Source: Scenedesmus sp. PABB004 (taxonomy: Eukaryota). Taken from it: 64,000 nt of DNA. The stretch is from the NCBI GenBank assembly GCA_014905635.1, contig JABVCE010000012.1, positions 248,001 to 312,000 of the forward strand. The letters are read 5' to 3'. Positions 1 to 16,608 of this stretch are shown piece after piece. The first letter of the stretch is position 1, and each line of letters opens with the position of its first letter. The notes below the pieces were generated by a model. It was given only the letters and a program-made list of their open reading frames with translations, had not been told where the DNA came from and did not search any database. A program made the translations under genes and the position numbers.

Positions 1-714
1 ACATCGCGCAGGCTCAGCCTCTTGCCCCGCGCCCACTCCAGCACGGTGAGGTGGCCGGCGCGCGCTGCTGTGCAGCACACAAACCGCAGGTCCAGCCCCT
101 CGCCGCGCGCCCACTCCAGCACGGCGAGCTGGCCGTGCCCCGCTGCTGCGGAGCACACGTCACTGTCTATCTCGCAGCCGGCACCGCGCAGCCAGGCCAG
201 CCCCGGCACGTCGCCGCACGCCGCGCGCGCCCCGGCCAGCCGCCGCTGCTGCTCCTGCTGCCCCCACCGGTCACCTTGCACCGCCCGCCAGGCCTCCTGC
301 ACCGCCGCCAGCGACAGCTCGGGGCAACGCAGCGAGACGCGCCTGGCGCCGCGGAAGCGCTCGTGCGCCGCCTTGCAGACCTGCCTGGCGGTCCACGCCT
401 GCAGGGCCGGAGGCAGGAAGCTCAGGACGTGGAGCACGAGGGGCTCGGACAGCTCTGGCGGGCTGCGGGTGACACGGGGCGTGCGCGCAGGGCGGCGGTG
501 AGGGCGCGGCGCCTGCTGCAGCTGGCTGTGACTCGCTGCGCAGCGCCCGCCTGGCCAGGCAGCGCCGCCCAGGGGGGAGGGCGGGCGTGAGCAGCAGCAG
601 CGCCCACCTCGGCGCCGCCTCGTCGCCGCCGGATGCCTCGCACGCCGCCGCCAGCGCAACCGCCCGCGCGCGCGTGGTCGGCCCGGCGCGCCGCTTGCCC
701 GCCGGCGAAGACAT
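1..714 (-). CDS. F-box/ankyrin-repeat cassette gene, copy 1 (3' end runs off the window)
   Basis: Exon 1 714..608 (MSSPAGKRRAGPTTRAR...EAAP), phase-2 GT-AG intron 607..463, exon 2 from 462 reading SPPELSEPLVLHVLSFLPPALQAWTARQVCKAAHERF (F-box-like) then AAxxGQLAVLEWAR ankyrin-type repeats. Confidence 0.8.
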
Positions 715-1365
715 GGCGGGTTCTGGGGGCCTGCGTGCCAGAAGGGAACAGGCTGCGGCGCCGGCGGCGGGCGCGAGCGCGCGGGCGGCGTGAGCGCAGC
801 AGCAGCAGCGCGCGGCGCCCGCCCCCCCCCCCCCCAGCGCGGCGGCACGGCGGCGGGCCTGCCAGCGGCGCCCGGGGCGCGCAGGCCCGGCGGGTCACGC
901 CACACGCCCGCCCACCGCGCACCGCCGGCGCCCCCGCCGCGCACAGCAGCGGGCGCTGCGCAGCGCGGCCCGCCCGCCGCTGTTGCCTCCTCCCCGCCCG
1001 CCCGCGCGCGGCTCGCCTGGCGGTGCGCTGGGCGGGTCAGTCCGGCCGTCAGGCGCCCCCAGGTCCGCGCCCCGCCTTGCCGCGTGGGCGCCGCGTTCGA
1101 ACGCTGGGCGGCGGCAGCGGCGCAGTGCGTGCGGGAGCTGCGGGCCGCGGCCGGCGCTCGTGTGCGTGCGTGTGCGGCAGGGAGGCGCTGAGGGCGGCGG
1201 CTGGGCGGAGGGGCGGCGCGCGCGGGGGGCCTCCTCGGCGGCACGGCGTGGGCAGCCGGCCGGGCGGCGCCCTGGGCCCTGGGCCCTGCACCGCGCCGCC
1301 CGCGTGTTGCCGCTGCCGGGCGCGGGCGACGTGCCGCCCTCGTGCCGCCGCCCGCGGTCTGCGTT
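715..1365 (-). repeat. Conserved upstream non-coding module of the cassette, copy 1
   Basis: Reverse complement carries the shared blocks GCGGTGCAGGGCCCAGGG, CCCTCAGCGCCTCCCTGCC, CGCCAGGCGAGCCGCGCG and CTGCTGCGCTCACGCCGCC. Confidence 0.85.
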
Positions 1366-1398
1366 TTGTTGCGCGCGAGCGAGCGACAGCATGTCACC

Positions 1399-3045
1399 TC
1401 ACGCCTCGGCCGTGGCGTTGGCCGCCAGCACCTCGTCCAGGTGCGGCTGCCCCATCGCCCCCGCGCCGCCCGGCGGCCGCAGCCCGCGCAGGCGGCGGCG
1501 CAGCTCGTCGAGCGCGGGCGCCGGGAGCGCGCCGCCGGCGTCGCGCGCGCGCGCCCAGGTGCGCAGCGGGATGCGGAACTGCTGCGGCTCGGCGTTGGGG
1601 AAGTACACGTGGAAGGCGTTGGGGTTGAGCAGCGCCGCGGAGAGGCTGAACGCAGAGTTGCTCATCACCAGCACGTCCGCGGTCGCCATCTGCTGCCAGC
1701 TCCACGCGAGGTCGGCGCTCGGCAGCACCACGGGCGCCGCGAGCGCCGCCCCGAGCGCCGCGAGCTCCGCCGCGCCCTCGGCGCTGCCCGGGGCCTCGGT
1801 GTAGACCTCCACGCTGAACACACAGCCCGCCTCGTCCAGCTCCTGGGCAAGACGGCGGTGGCGGCAGGGCGGGGCGGTGCGCAGGGCGGCCCGCGGCCGC
1901 GCCCTCCCGCCCGTCCGGCTGGCCGATGCTGGCCCCCTGCTGTTGACCGCAGTTTGACCGACCGCCCGCGCGGCGCCCCCGCCGCCCCCCACGGGGCGGC
2001 CCAGCTCGGCTCCCGCCCACCTGCATGACGGACCGGACGACGTTGACGTAGTAAGACGGCGGCAGCAGCCGCTTCGCCCAGCGCGGCGACGCCGCGACGT
2101 CGCCGCGCCGCAGGTGCACGGCGACGCGCAGCCCGTGCAGCAGCCACGGCCGGCCGAGCTCCGGCGGCGCGAGGCTGTCGGGGCGGCGGCACACGAGCTT
2201 GGACTGCGGGCGCGGCGCGGGCGCGGGGTGAGCCGCGGCGTGCCGCGGGGTGCGCGGCGCGGCGGGCGCCCCCGCGCGATGCGTGCGTGCGCGCGCGCAC
2301 GTCGGGCGCGGTCGGGCGGAGCTGCTCCGGCGCGAGGAGCATGTCAGGGAAGCGGTGCACGATGCTGGTGGCAAACTCGGTGGAGATGAGCAGCGGCGTG
2401 CGCGCCGCCGCCGCGCCGGTGACGAGATCGACGAGCGTGAACCAGCCGAGCTTGGGCACGTGGCGGCGCTCCCACGCCGCGACGGCGCCCTCGGTCAGGT
2501 CCGAGGGCAGCGCCAGCAGGCGGCGCAGCTTGCCGAGCAGGCGCGCCTCGGGCGCGGCGGCGTCAAACGCGCAGTCGGCGCTGCGGAAGTGGACCTGCCC
2601 CCCGACGTGCCCCACGCACGTGAGCGGGCGGTGCACGTGGCGCAGGCCGAGCGCGCGCGCGACGGCGTAAATCTCCAGCATGCGCAGCGCCTGCGCGCCC
2701 ACGCCGTCGCGCAGCTCGTGCGCGTACACGAGCGCCACGTTCTGCTGCACCCAGGGGTCGGCGAACAGCGGCAGCTTGGGCCAGCCCAGCGGCGCCGCCG
2801 CCGGCTCCAGCGCGGCACCGCCGCTTTCGCCGCCGCCGGGCGGGCTGCCGCCGGCCGCTGCCGCTGCGTTGGCGACCGTGCCCGGCAGCTGCTCCTGCGG
2901 CGTGTGTGCGCGTGGGCAGGCTCCCAGCGGGGGGACGCCCCGCGCCGCGCAGAGCGGCAGAGCCTGCCAGCCCGCGCACCTGCGCTGCTGCTTGGCCAAG
3001 CGCCGCCGCCAGCAGGCAGCCCAGCACCACTCTCGCTGCGCGCAT
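1399..3045 (-). CDS. Putative secretory-pathway glycosyltransferase, GT11/alpha-1,2-fucosyltransferase-like (about 4 exons)
   Basis: Signal peptide MRAARVVLGCLLAAALGQAAAQ; motifs DGVGAQ (GxGNQ-like), VAVHLRRGD and MATADVLVMSNSAFS resemble the three fucosyltransferase-superfamily motifs. Confidence 0.6.
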
Positions 3046-3323
3046 GCGGCTGAGTGCGCACTTTCTTAGTCGTTGTCGCGGCATCCCGGCAGCTGGCGGG
3101 CAGCGCACGAGCGGCGGGAGCAGGCCGAGCGCTGCGCCGCTGCGTGTCAGGCGGGCGGCGCGCCTGGAGGCTCGCTGAGCTGTGGAAAGGCGCAAGTGAC
3201 ACGCGATCGGTTACTGCCAGGCCTGCGCGGAGCTCGCGGGGCTGCCAGCGCGCCGGGGCGAGCTGCTGTTGTCGTCGTCAGTTACGGAGCTAGCCGCTCT
3301 CGCCTCACCGCCCGTGCTCGGGG

Positions 3324-5105
3324 TCAGGCAAAATCAAACACCACCACCTCGCCGTCGTCGCCCGCCGCCGCGAGGCGCGCCGGCGGGAGCGGCTCAAGCG
3401 CGCGCACCGCGGCGCGGCCCGCGCGCAGCGTGTGCAGCGCCGCGCCGGCGGCGACGTCGATCACGACCACGCTGCCGTCGCCGCAGCCCGCCAGCGCGAG
3501 GCCGCCGACCGCGGCGAGGGCGTAGGGAAAGTCGGGCAGCGGCACGTGCGCGCGCGCCGCGTAGCCGGCGGCGGGGTCAAGCACTGCGAGCGAGCAGTCG
3601 GCGCCGGCGCTCACGACGGGGCCGCCCGTGGCGTCGGGGTCTGCGGCGGTGCGGCGCGCGAGTGTGGGTCAGCGGGAGAGCGCCGACGCAGCCAGCGGGC
3701 GCGGTGCGCGGCGCGGCGCGCGCACACCCGCGGCGATGGCGCCGACCGCGCCCCTGCCGCTCGCGCCCGCGTGCGCGGGCGCCGTCGCCGCGGCCGCGCC
3801 GCCGCCGCAGCGCGCGTCCCACGCGCGCACGCAGCCGTCCTGGCCGCCGCTGAGCAGCAGCGGCCCGTGCGCGCCCGCGGCGCCGCCGCTGGGGGCCAGG
3901 CGAGCGCGGTCACGTGGCCCGCGTGCGCCGCGGCGGCGCACCAGCTCGGCGCGCAGGCGGCCGCGTCCCACGCGATCAGACCGCCGCCGCGGTCCCCCGA
4001 CGCGAGCGCGCCGCCGCCCGGCGCCGCGGCGAGCTCGAGCACCGGCGCGCCGTGGCCGCGCAGCACGGCGGCCGCGCCGCGCGGTGGCCGCGCGCCGCCG
4101 ACGTCCCACAGCGCGACCGTCTTGTCGTAGCTGCACGACGCCGCGAGCTGGGCGGCGCCGCGCGGCGGCGCCGCCGCCGCGCCGCCCGGCTGCTCCAGGC
4201 CGCGCGGCGGCGGCGCGAGGCAGGCGACCTTTGCCACCGGGCCGGCGTGCGCGCCGCGCAGCTCGCTGCCGGCCGCGCCCGCCGCGGGCCAGAGCCACAG
4301 CCGCCCGTCCATGCCGCCCGAGAGCAGGCGCCCGCCCGGCAGCGCGCACGCGCACGTCACCCACCTGCGCGCGTGCGAGCGCCGGGCGCGGCCGGGCAGC
4401 GTCGGCGTCGGCCGCAGCGGGGGTGCTGGCCCCGTCGTGCGCATCCCCCCCCCCAGCTCACTCGCTGTGGCCGGCAGTCTTGGAGTAGAGCGTGCGCCGC
4501 CGCGTTGTGCTCTGCGCGTCCACGCCGTACAGGGCGTGGTCCGCGCCGCCCACCACGACCTCGCACCCGCCGTCGCGCCGCCAGAGCGCCGCGGAGCAGA
4601 GCAGCGGGCGCTCGCTGAGCCGCACGCGCGCGCCCGCCGCGTCGGCCGGCCCGCCGCGCCAGCCCGGCGCCAGGCGCTGCAGCTGCAGCTGTGGGGCCGG
4701 CTGCGCCGGCGCCAGCGGCTGCTCCTGCGCGAGCTGCTGCTGCCGCCGCTGCTGCTGCTGCGGCGGCGGCGGCGCGGCCGCCTTGCTGCGCGCGGCGGCG
4801 GGCGCGCCGCCCGCGCGCAGGCGCCCCGCCGCCGCGGCCGCGGGCGCGCGCTCGGGGCTCTGAGGGCTCTGAGGGCTGCCACCGCCGCCGGCGCTGAGCG
4901 ACGCAAAGGCCTGCTCGAAGCGCACCAGATAGGCATCGTTGGCCGCGTGCGACGCCGCCGCCGAGAGCGCGGCCCGCTGCTGCTGCGGCCGCGCCTGCTG
5001 CTGCTCCTGCTGCTCCGGCCCCCGCTGTGGCGGTGGCGGCGCCGCCGCGCGGCGGCCCTCCTTGAGGCGCACGAGCGCAGCGGCGCGCGGCGCGCCGTCG
5101 CCCAT
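3324..5105 (-). CDS. WD40-repeat protein with an apparent 1-bp frameshift near 3893
   Basis: Repeats GHSEWVT..LLSGGMDGRLWLW, ASCSYDKTVALWD, GHGAPVL..ASGDRGGGLIAWD, LLSGGQDGCVRAWD; ends GDDGEVVVFDFA-stop. Confidence 0.8.
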
Positions 5106-5718
5106 CGCCGCGCGCTGCTGCTGCTGTTCTCGCGCGCGCGCGCGCGCTGCGTGTGGCGGCGGCGACGCCGGCGGCGGCGGTGGCGGCGGCGGCGGCGCCT
5201 GTGCGGCTGGCCGCGCCGCGGGCGGGAAGACGCGTCGCGAGGGCGCAGCGGCGAGGGCGCGGCAGCGGTCGGTGCGCAGCGCGCGCGGGGGCTGGTTGGC
5301 ACTCTTCGTGCGCCGACGCTCCCACACGACTGATCACGCGGCCAAGCGACAGCACGCACGACAGGGAGCCACCCACGCACCGGAGAGCCTCGCCCCCGCG
5401 CTCAGCACACGAACGCCCGCCCACACGAACCGAGGTGACTGTTCGGGGCCCGAAGGTGGCGCTGCCGTGGTCCCGGTCGCCGCACGCGCCCCTGGCAGTG
5501 CGGGGGCGAGGCATCTCGATCAGCAGCACACGCCCGGCCCCCGCTCCTCCCGGCGCTGGCTGCCGCCCTGACGCAAGCCTCCTCCACGCCGCGCCCTGCG
5601 CTCCCGGCCTCCGCAGGCGGACGCACAGCTCCGGCGCTGAGCGCGCGGCGGAGCGCGGCGGCAGCAGCGACAGCAGCGGGGCGCCGCAGCGCGGCGCGGC
5701 GCGGGCGCGGCGCGCGCG

Positions 5719-6443
5719 ATGGCCGCCACGGGCAAGCTGGCGGCGTTCTGGAACCACCCCGCAGGCCCCAAGACCAGTGAGAACGGGCTGCTGCCGCTGG
5801 CCGCCCGACCGCGCGGCACGCGCGCCCGCCGCGCAGCGCGCGCCCGCCGCCGAGCGCGTCCGTCCTCCCCCGGCCGCAGTCCACTTCTGGGCGCCCGCGT
5901 TCAAGTGGGGCATCACCTTTGCCAACATCGCCGACATGCAGCGCCCCGCGGAGAAGATCTCGACGCCGCAGCAGTGCGGTGCGGCACCCGCCGCCGCGCC
6001 TGCCTGCCTGCCTCCTGCCGCGCCGCGCCGGCCTCATCAACCCGCCTCGCCCCGGCGCCGCGCCGCGCCGCAGCGGTGACGCTGACGGGGCTGATCTGGA
6101 CGCGCTACAGCACCCAGATCCGGCCGGTCAACTACAACCTGATGACGGTCAACGCCTTCATGGCGGTCACGGGGCTCTACCAGCTCAGCAGGAAGTTCAA
6201 GTGCGCGCGTGTTGATGCATTTTTTTGTGTTTGTGTTTGTGTGTGCGGCGGGCGCGGAGGGCGGCCGAGGGGGGGGAGGCGGGACAGCAGGGCTGGCAAA
6301 CGGGGCGGACGCAGGCGCGCCCCTGGCTGGGGGCGGCGAGGGCGCAACTGAGCTGAGCGCGCCTGCCGCCGCTGCCGCCGCTGCCGCCGCTGCCGCGCCT
6401 GCCGCCGCGCGCCAGGCACGAGATGGCCAAGAAAGAGGCGTGA
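5719..6443 (+). CDS. MPC2: Mitochondrial pyruvate carrier (MPC2-like), 4 exons
   Basis: FWNHPAGPKT / HFWAPAFKWG..IADMQRPAEKIS / TGLIWTRYSTQIRP.NYNLM.VN; last exon HEMAKKEA-TGA. Confidence 0.9.
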
Positions 6444-6996
6444 GGCGCGGGCGCGGGCGCGGGCGCGGCGCCGCGGCCGGCGGCACGCGGCGGCGGCGCG
6501 GCGCGATTCCGGCGCGGCGCGATTGCGGCCGCTGGTTCGCGCGCGCGGTGCCCGGCGACCCCACTCAGCACTCGGCACTGCTGGCGCGCGCGCGTGTACA
6601 TTACTTGGCAGCGGCATTTGCGCGCCCGCGCATTGGCCGGTCGCTGCGAGGCGACGCTCCGGGCGCGGCGCGGGTCGCGGGCGTGGCACGGGCGGGCGGG
6701 GTGACTCTTGGGCGGGCTTGATCCTCGGGAGGCCCCGGTTGCACGCAGCAGCACTGCACTGCACCCGCGGGCAAGCCGCAGCGCGGCGGCGGTGCGTGAA
6801 ACGGATGCTGCCGCCCCGGCCTCGCTCAAACGCCTCGCTCACGTCTGCACCCCGCCCGCGCGCCGTGCAGCGCCGGCGCCCCCGTCGAGCGCGCGCGGCC
6901 GCTCTTGCGGCACCCGTCCTGGCTGGCCAGAGCGCAGGGGGCATGCGCTCCCGTGCGCCGCGCGCGGCTCGCAAAGAGATCCCCCACCGCCCCGCC

Positions 6997-11303
<4,307 letters not shown>

Positions 11304-12098
11304 GCTGCGCCGGCCGCCGCCGGGCGCGAGGCGGTCGCGGGGGGCCGCCGACGCGGTGACGGCGGGCGCGGGGGCGCGGCGCGGCTGCGGCGGCGGCGGC
11401 GGCGCGGGGCGCGGCGGTGAGCTGCGAGCGGCGACCGCCGCTGCTGCTGCTGCTGTTCTCGGCCACGTGTGCGCCGACGCGGCGCGCTGCGCGTCCGCCG
11501 GGCCCCGCCGCTGCCTGGCACGGGATAAGGCGCAGCTGACGCCCGGCGCACGGGCCGGTTGTGCCCTGCCAGGCTGCAGCGGCCGCGGCGCGCTGGGCGG
11601 CCATCACGCTGCGCCGCGCCGCCGCCGCTGGCCTCCTGCGCGCCCTGCCGCAGCACACCTGCGTCGACGCCGAGCGGACGGGTCGGGCCAGGCGCCAGAC
11701 GCTGGGAGAGCTGCCGCGCACGAAGCTGGAGGCCGCGGAGCGCCCCTGTGCTGCAGCCCTGGAGGCGAGGCCGCGCATTCTCAGCGCGTGCACGCGCTGG
11801 GTGGGCGGTCCCGGTGGTGGAGTGCGCGTCGGGCGGTCGGCGGCGCGCGATCGCGGTGCAAGGTGCTCGCCAGAGCAGATTTTTCCGCGGCCTGCGCTTC
11901 AACAGCCTCTTCTTTGCCCTCGCCCCGCCATCGGCGCCCCCGCCCCGCCAGTCCGCTCACGTCTGCCTCCTGCACCGCGCTAGCATCGCCAGGCGCAGCT
12001 GCGCACGCCCGGCGGCAGCAGCACCGCCGCAGCCGCTGCTCGCGCCGCCGCCGGCCGCCAGCCGCGCACCAGCCCGGGGCTGGGGCCGGGCCCTCGCC

Positions 12099-15000
12099 AT
12101 GCTGCCGCCGGCCGCGCGGGATGCGGCCGCCAAGAGCCGCGCCGCGGCCGCGGCGGCGGTCGCGGCGGCGGGCGCAGCGCCGGGGCAGCGGGACCGCGCG
12201 ATCCAGCAGGCCGTGCTCGCGGCGCAGCAGGCGCGCGACGCAGCCGCCGCCGCCGCCGCCGCGCCGCCGCCGGCGCCAGCCGCCGGCGCGGGCGCCGGCG
12301 ACGGCGGCGGCGAGCAGCAGCCGGGCGGCGAGCCGCCCGCGGCGGCGGGCGCCGCCGACGGCGCCGCCGCCGCTGCGTCGGCGCCCGCGCCGGCCGCGCC
12401 TGCGGGCACGTACGAGCCGCCCGAGTGGTCGGGCGTCGCCGACGGGTGCGGCGGCGCCGCCGCCTGCTCGCGCTGCCTGCTTGCGCCCCGCGCGCCGCCC
12501 CGGCGCCTGCTCCCCGCGACCCGCGCGCCCTCACCCCGCCGCAGCGCGCCGTTTGGTGTCGAGGTGCTGAAGTCTGGCGTCCTGGTCGAGGCGCGGCTGC
12601 TGGAGGGGCAGCCCTTCTACACGTTTGGCCGCAACCCCGCCGCTGACTTCCTGCTCGAACACCCCTCGGCCAGCCGGCTGCACGCGGTGCTGCAGTTCAA
12701 GTCCGGCACCCAGGCGCGGCGGCGGCAGCAGGGGCCGCGGCGGCCGGCGCGGGCGCGCCCGCAGGCGGCGGTGGCGGCCGCGGCCAGCAGTGCCGCGGCG
12801 CCCGCCCAGCGGCGCCGCGCCGCTGCCTGCGCAGGAGGCGTACCTGTATGACTGCGGCTCCACGCATGGCACGTTTCTGAACAAGAACCGGCTGCGTCAC
12901 GGCGTGCACGCGCCCATCCGGTGCGGCCGCCGCGGCCCAGCCGCACCGGCGCAGCTAGCAGCGAGGCGGGGCTGTGGGCGCGCAGGCTGAACCACGCCGC
13001 GCCGCGCCGCGCCGCGCCGCGCGCAGGGTCGGCGACCAGGTGCGCTTCGGCCAGAGCAGCCGCACGTACGTGCTCACGGGCCCGCAGGAGCTGCTGCCCG
13101 CGGAGGGGCTCAGCAAGGTGCAGCTCAAGCAGCTCGCGATGCTCGAGGCGGCGCAGGTGTGCGCCGCCGCGCCGCCGCGCCGCCGCGCCGCCGCGCCGCC
13201 GTGCCGCGCCACGCTGCGCCGCGCACTGACCGCATTGGACCGCGCCGCGCCGCATTTGACCGCGCCGCGCCGCGTTTTATCACCGTGCCGCAGCGGCGCA
13301 AGGACGCGGACGAGGCCAAGGCGCGCGCGCAGATGGAGGCGGCCATTGCGCGCTCGGCCGGCGACGGCGCGACGTGGGGCATGGACCTCGGCGACGACGG
13401 CGACGGCGCCGGCGGCGGCTCGGGCGCTGCCGCGGTCAACTGGCGCAGCTACGTCGAGCGCAACAGCCTGACCGACCGGCAGACCAAGCTGCTGGACAAG
13501 ATCCGGTGCGCCCGCCCGCCCGCCGGCGCCGGCTGCGGCACCCGCGCCCGCTGGTCCCCCACCCGCCCACTCTCCTCACCTCAACCGTCCACCCTCACCA
13601 CCCCGCCCACCGCGCCTGCCCGCCTCGCCCCGCCCAGCAAGCGCGAGTACAAGGTCAAAAACCTGGAGGCCGAGTGCGCCAAGATCGCGGCCAAGGAGCG
13701 CAACGAGGGCGGGCTCACGCAGGGCCAGGCGTCGACCATGGTGCGGCCGCGGCCCAGGGAGCGGTCGAGGGGCCGAGCCGCGCGCCGTGCTGCGCGCGCC
13801 GCGCCGCGCCGCTCGACGCCTCGACCGCCCCTGGGCCTCCAAACCGCTGTGGACCCCGCCGCGCAGGTGCGCAACGAGCGCGCGCTCGAGGCGCTGCGGG
13901 AGGAGCTGGAGGAGCTGGAGGAGCAGCTGACAGAGTGCATCCAGGACAGCATCGACGGCAAGAAGGTGCGCCGCCCGCTCCGCCCGGTCCGCCGTGTCCG
14001 CCCGGAGGCGGCGGCGGCGGCGGCGGCGGCGATCACCGCCCGCCCGCCGCGGCGCCGCCGCTGCCACGAGCGCTGCCCGCCCCGCCCCGCGCAACCCTCA
14101 ACCCTGCGCGGCGCGCGCAGGCGGCGCGGGACGCCAAGGAGGGCAAGGACGCGGCGGAGGCGAAGAAGCGCAAGCGCGGCGCCGACTCGGACGAGGAGTA
14201 CGCTGGTGGGCGCGGCCGCGGCGCCTTGGCGGCGGCGGCGGCGGCGCCGCGGCGGGGCGGGGCTGCGGGGCTGCGGGGCCGCGGCGTGCTCACCCGCTGC
14301 CGCGCTGCTCACTCGCCGCCGCGCCCCCGCCAGGCGGCAGCGACAGCGGCGACGAGTTTTACGACCGCACCGCCGCGGCCGGCCCCAAGCGCGGCGCGGG
14401 CGCCAAGGCCAAGGCCGGCGCTGCGGCGGCCAAGGGCGGCGACGCCGGCGGCGGCGGCGCGGTGGAGTCGGCGCAGTCGCTCTATGCCAAGCGGTGGGTG
14501 CATGGTGGGCAGGGCGCGCCGGCGCAGGCGCCGGCGCGGGCGTGGGGGCGCGCGCCTCGCGCGCGCAAAAAGCCGCGGCGGCGCGCCGCGCGCACGCAGG
14601 GAGGCGCTGCAGGAGGAGGCGGCGCGGCTGGAGGCGGCCGTCGCGGCCGAGCAGGCGCAGCTGGCCGCGCAGGCCGCGGCGCCGGGCGGCGGCGGCGGCG
14701 CGCCTGCCGCGCCCGGCGCGGGCGGCGGCGCGGGCGGCGCCGGCGCGGCCGATGGCGGCAGCGAGGCGGGGGTGGACAGTCTGGATGCCTTCATGAGTGA
14801 CGTGCAGACCAACCTGGAGCGGGACAAGGTGAGCTCCGCCGCGCCGAGCAGCCCTGCCGCGCCCGTGCCGGCGGCGCCCGTGTCGGCGGCTCGCGCGCAG
14901 CGGGCGCGCTGCTCGGCACCCGTTGACCGCCGGCCGCTGGCCGCCCGCCGGCCGCAGCTCGGCACGCTGCGGCGCGAGCTCGAGGGGCTGCAGGTGCAGC

Positions 15001-15978
15001 TCGCGCGCACTGACCGCCTCATCCGCATCGCCGACCCGGAGGGCTGGCTCAAGCCCGGGGCCGGCGGCGCCGGCGGCGGCGCGGCGGCGGCGGCCGCCGC
15101 CGCCGCGGCCAAGGCGGCGGCCAAGGCGGCGCTCGAGGCGGACCGGCAGCGCCGCGCCGCCGCGGTGGTCGCGCAGCGCGCGGGCTGGGCGGCTGCGCAG
15201 GTGCGCGCCACGGCGCCGGGCGGCGGCCGGCGGGGCGTCGACCGCCGCGCGCGCGCTGGCGGCGGGGCCGGGGGCGGGCGGGCGCCGCGCGGCACGGCGC
15301 CGACGCCGACGCCGGCCGGCCGCCCCTGCCGCCGCCGCGCAGGCCGCGCAGGAGCTTGCCCCCGAGGAGGAGGAGGAGGAGGAGGACAACGACGGCGGGC
15401 GGCAGCAGCCGGCGGAGCAGCAGCAGCCGCGGCAGGACGAGCAGCCGCAGGAGCAGCAGCAGCCGGCACCGCAGGAGCAGCCGCCGGGCGTGGCGGAGCA
15501 GGGCGGCGCCGCCAAGCCGTCGCCCCTAGTCATCCGAGCCAAGGGCGCGCTGCCGGCGCAGCCGGCCAAGGCCAAGCCCGCGGCGGCGGGCGCGGCGGGC
15601 GCGCCGGCGGGCGCGCCGGCGGGCGCCAAGGCCTCGGCGGACGCGGCGGCGGCGCAGCTGATGCGCGAGTTTGCGCAGCCCGCGCCGGGTGGCGCGAAGC
15701 GCGCCATCAAGGGCCCCGCCATGCCGCCGCCGGCGGCCAAGGCGGCCAAGGCGGCCGCCGGCGGCAGCAACGTGCACGCCGCCGCCGCGGCGCGGGTGGC
15801 GGCGAGCATCGCGATCCTCACCAGCCACGCCGCGCCTCTGGGCGGCGACGGCGGCGAGGGCGGCGGCGAGGCTGGGGCCGGGCAGGAGGCCGACGGCGGC
15901 AGCGCGTCGACGTGGCTGCCGCCGGCGGCGCAGGACGGCAGCGGCCGCACGAGCTTGAACGCCAAGTACGGCTACTAG
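12099..15978 (+). CDS. SLC4A1AP: Kanadaptin-like FHA-domain protein, multi-exon
   Basis: YEPPEWSG; FHA motifs FGRNP..LEHPSASRLHAVLQF and YLYDCGSTHGTFLNK; VRFGQSSRTY; TWGM; DEFYDRT; characteristic C-terminus WLPPAAQDGSGRTSLNAKYGY. Confidence 0.9.
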
Positions 15979-16033
15979 CTAGCTAGCTAGTAACCGCAAC
16001 GAGCGAGAGGCCGGCGATGGCGCGCCGCGAGCG

Positions 16034-16608
16034 CGGCGGTGCAGGGCCCAGGGCGCAGGCGCCGCCCGGCCGGCTGCCCACGCCGCCGCCGAGGAGCCCT
16101 CCCCGCGCGCGCCGCCCACAGCCGCCGCCCTCAGCGCCTCCCTGCCACACGCACACACACATGCGCCGGCCGCGGCCCACACACAGCTCCCGCACGCACG
16201 CGCCGCCGCCGCCCAGCGCCCGCCCCCGCCCGCGGCGCGCCCCTGGCCAGGCGGGGCGACGCGCGTCGGGCGCCTGACGGCCGTACCGGTCCGCCCACCC
16301 CAGCGCCAGGCGAGCCGCGCGCGCGGGCAGGCGGGGAGGGCAGCAGCGGCGGGCGGGCCGCGCTGCGCGGCGCCAGCTGCGGGCGGCGGGGGCTGCGGCG
16401 GTGCGCGGCGGGTGGGCGTGTCGCGTGGGCCGCCGGTACTGAGCGCCCCGGGCGTCGCTGGCAGGCCCGACGACGCGCCGCCGCGCCGCGGGGCGGGGGC
16501 GGGCGCCGCGCGCTGCTGCTGCTGCGCTCACGCCGCCCGCGCACTCGTGCCCGCTGCCGGCGCGCTGCCTGCTGCTCCCTGCTGGCCCGCAGGCGCCCAG
16601 TCGACGCC
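16034..16608 (+). repeat. Conserved upstream non-coding module, copy 2 (includes a predicted 5'UTR intron 16310..16592)
   Basis: Same blocks as the other copies; donor-like CCAG|GCGAGC, branch-like CTCAC, acceptor CCCGCAG just before the ATG. Confidence 0.85.
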
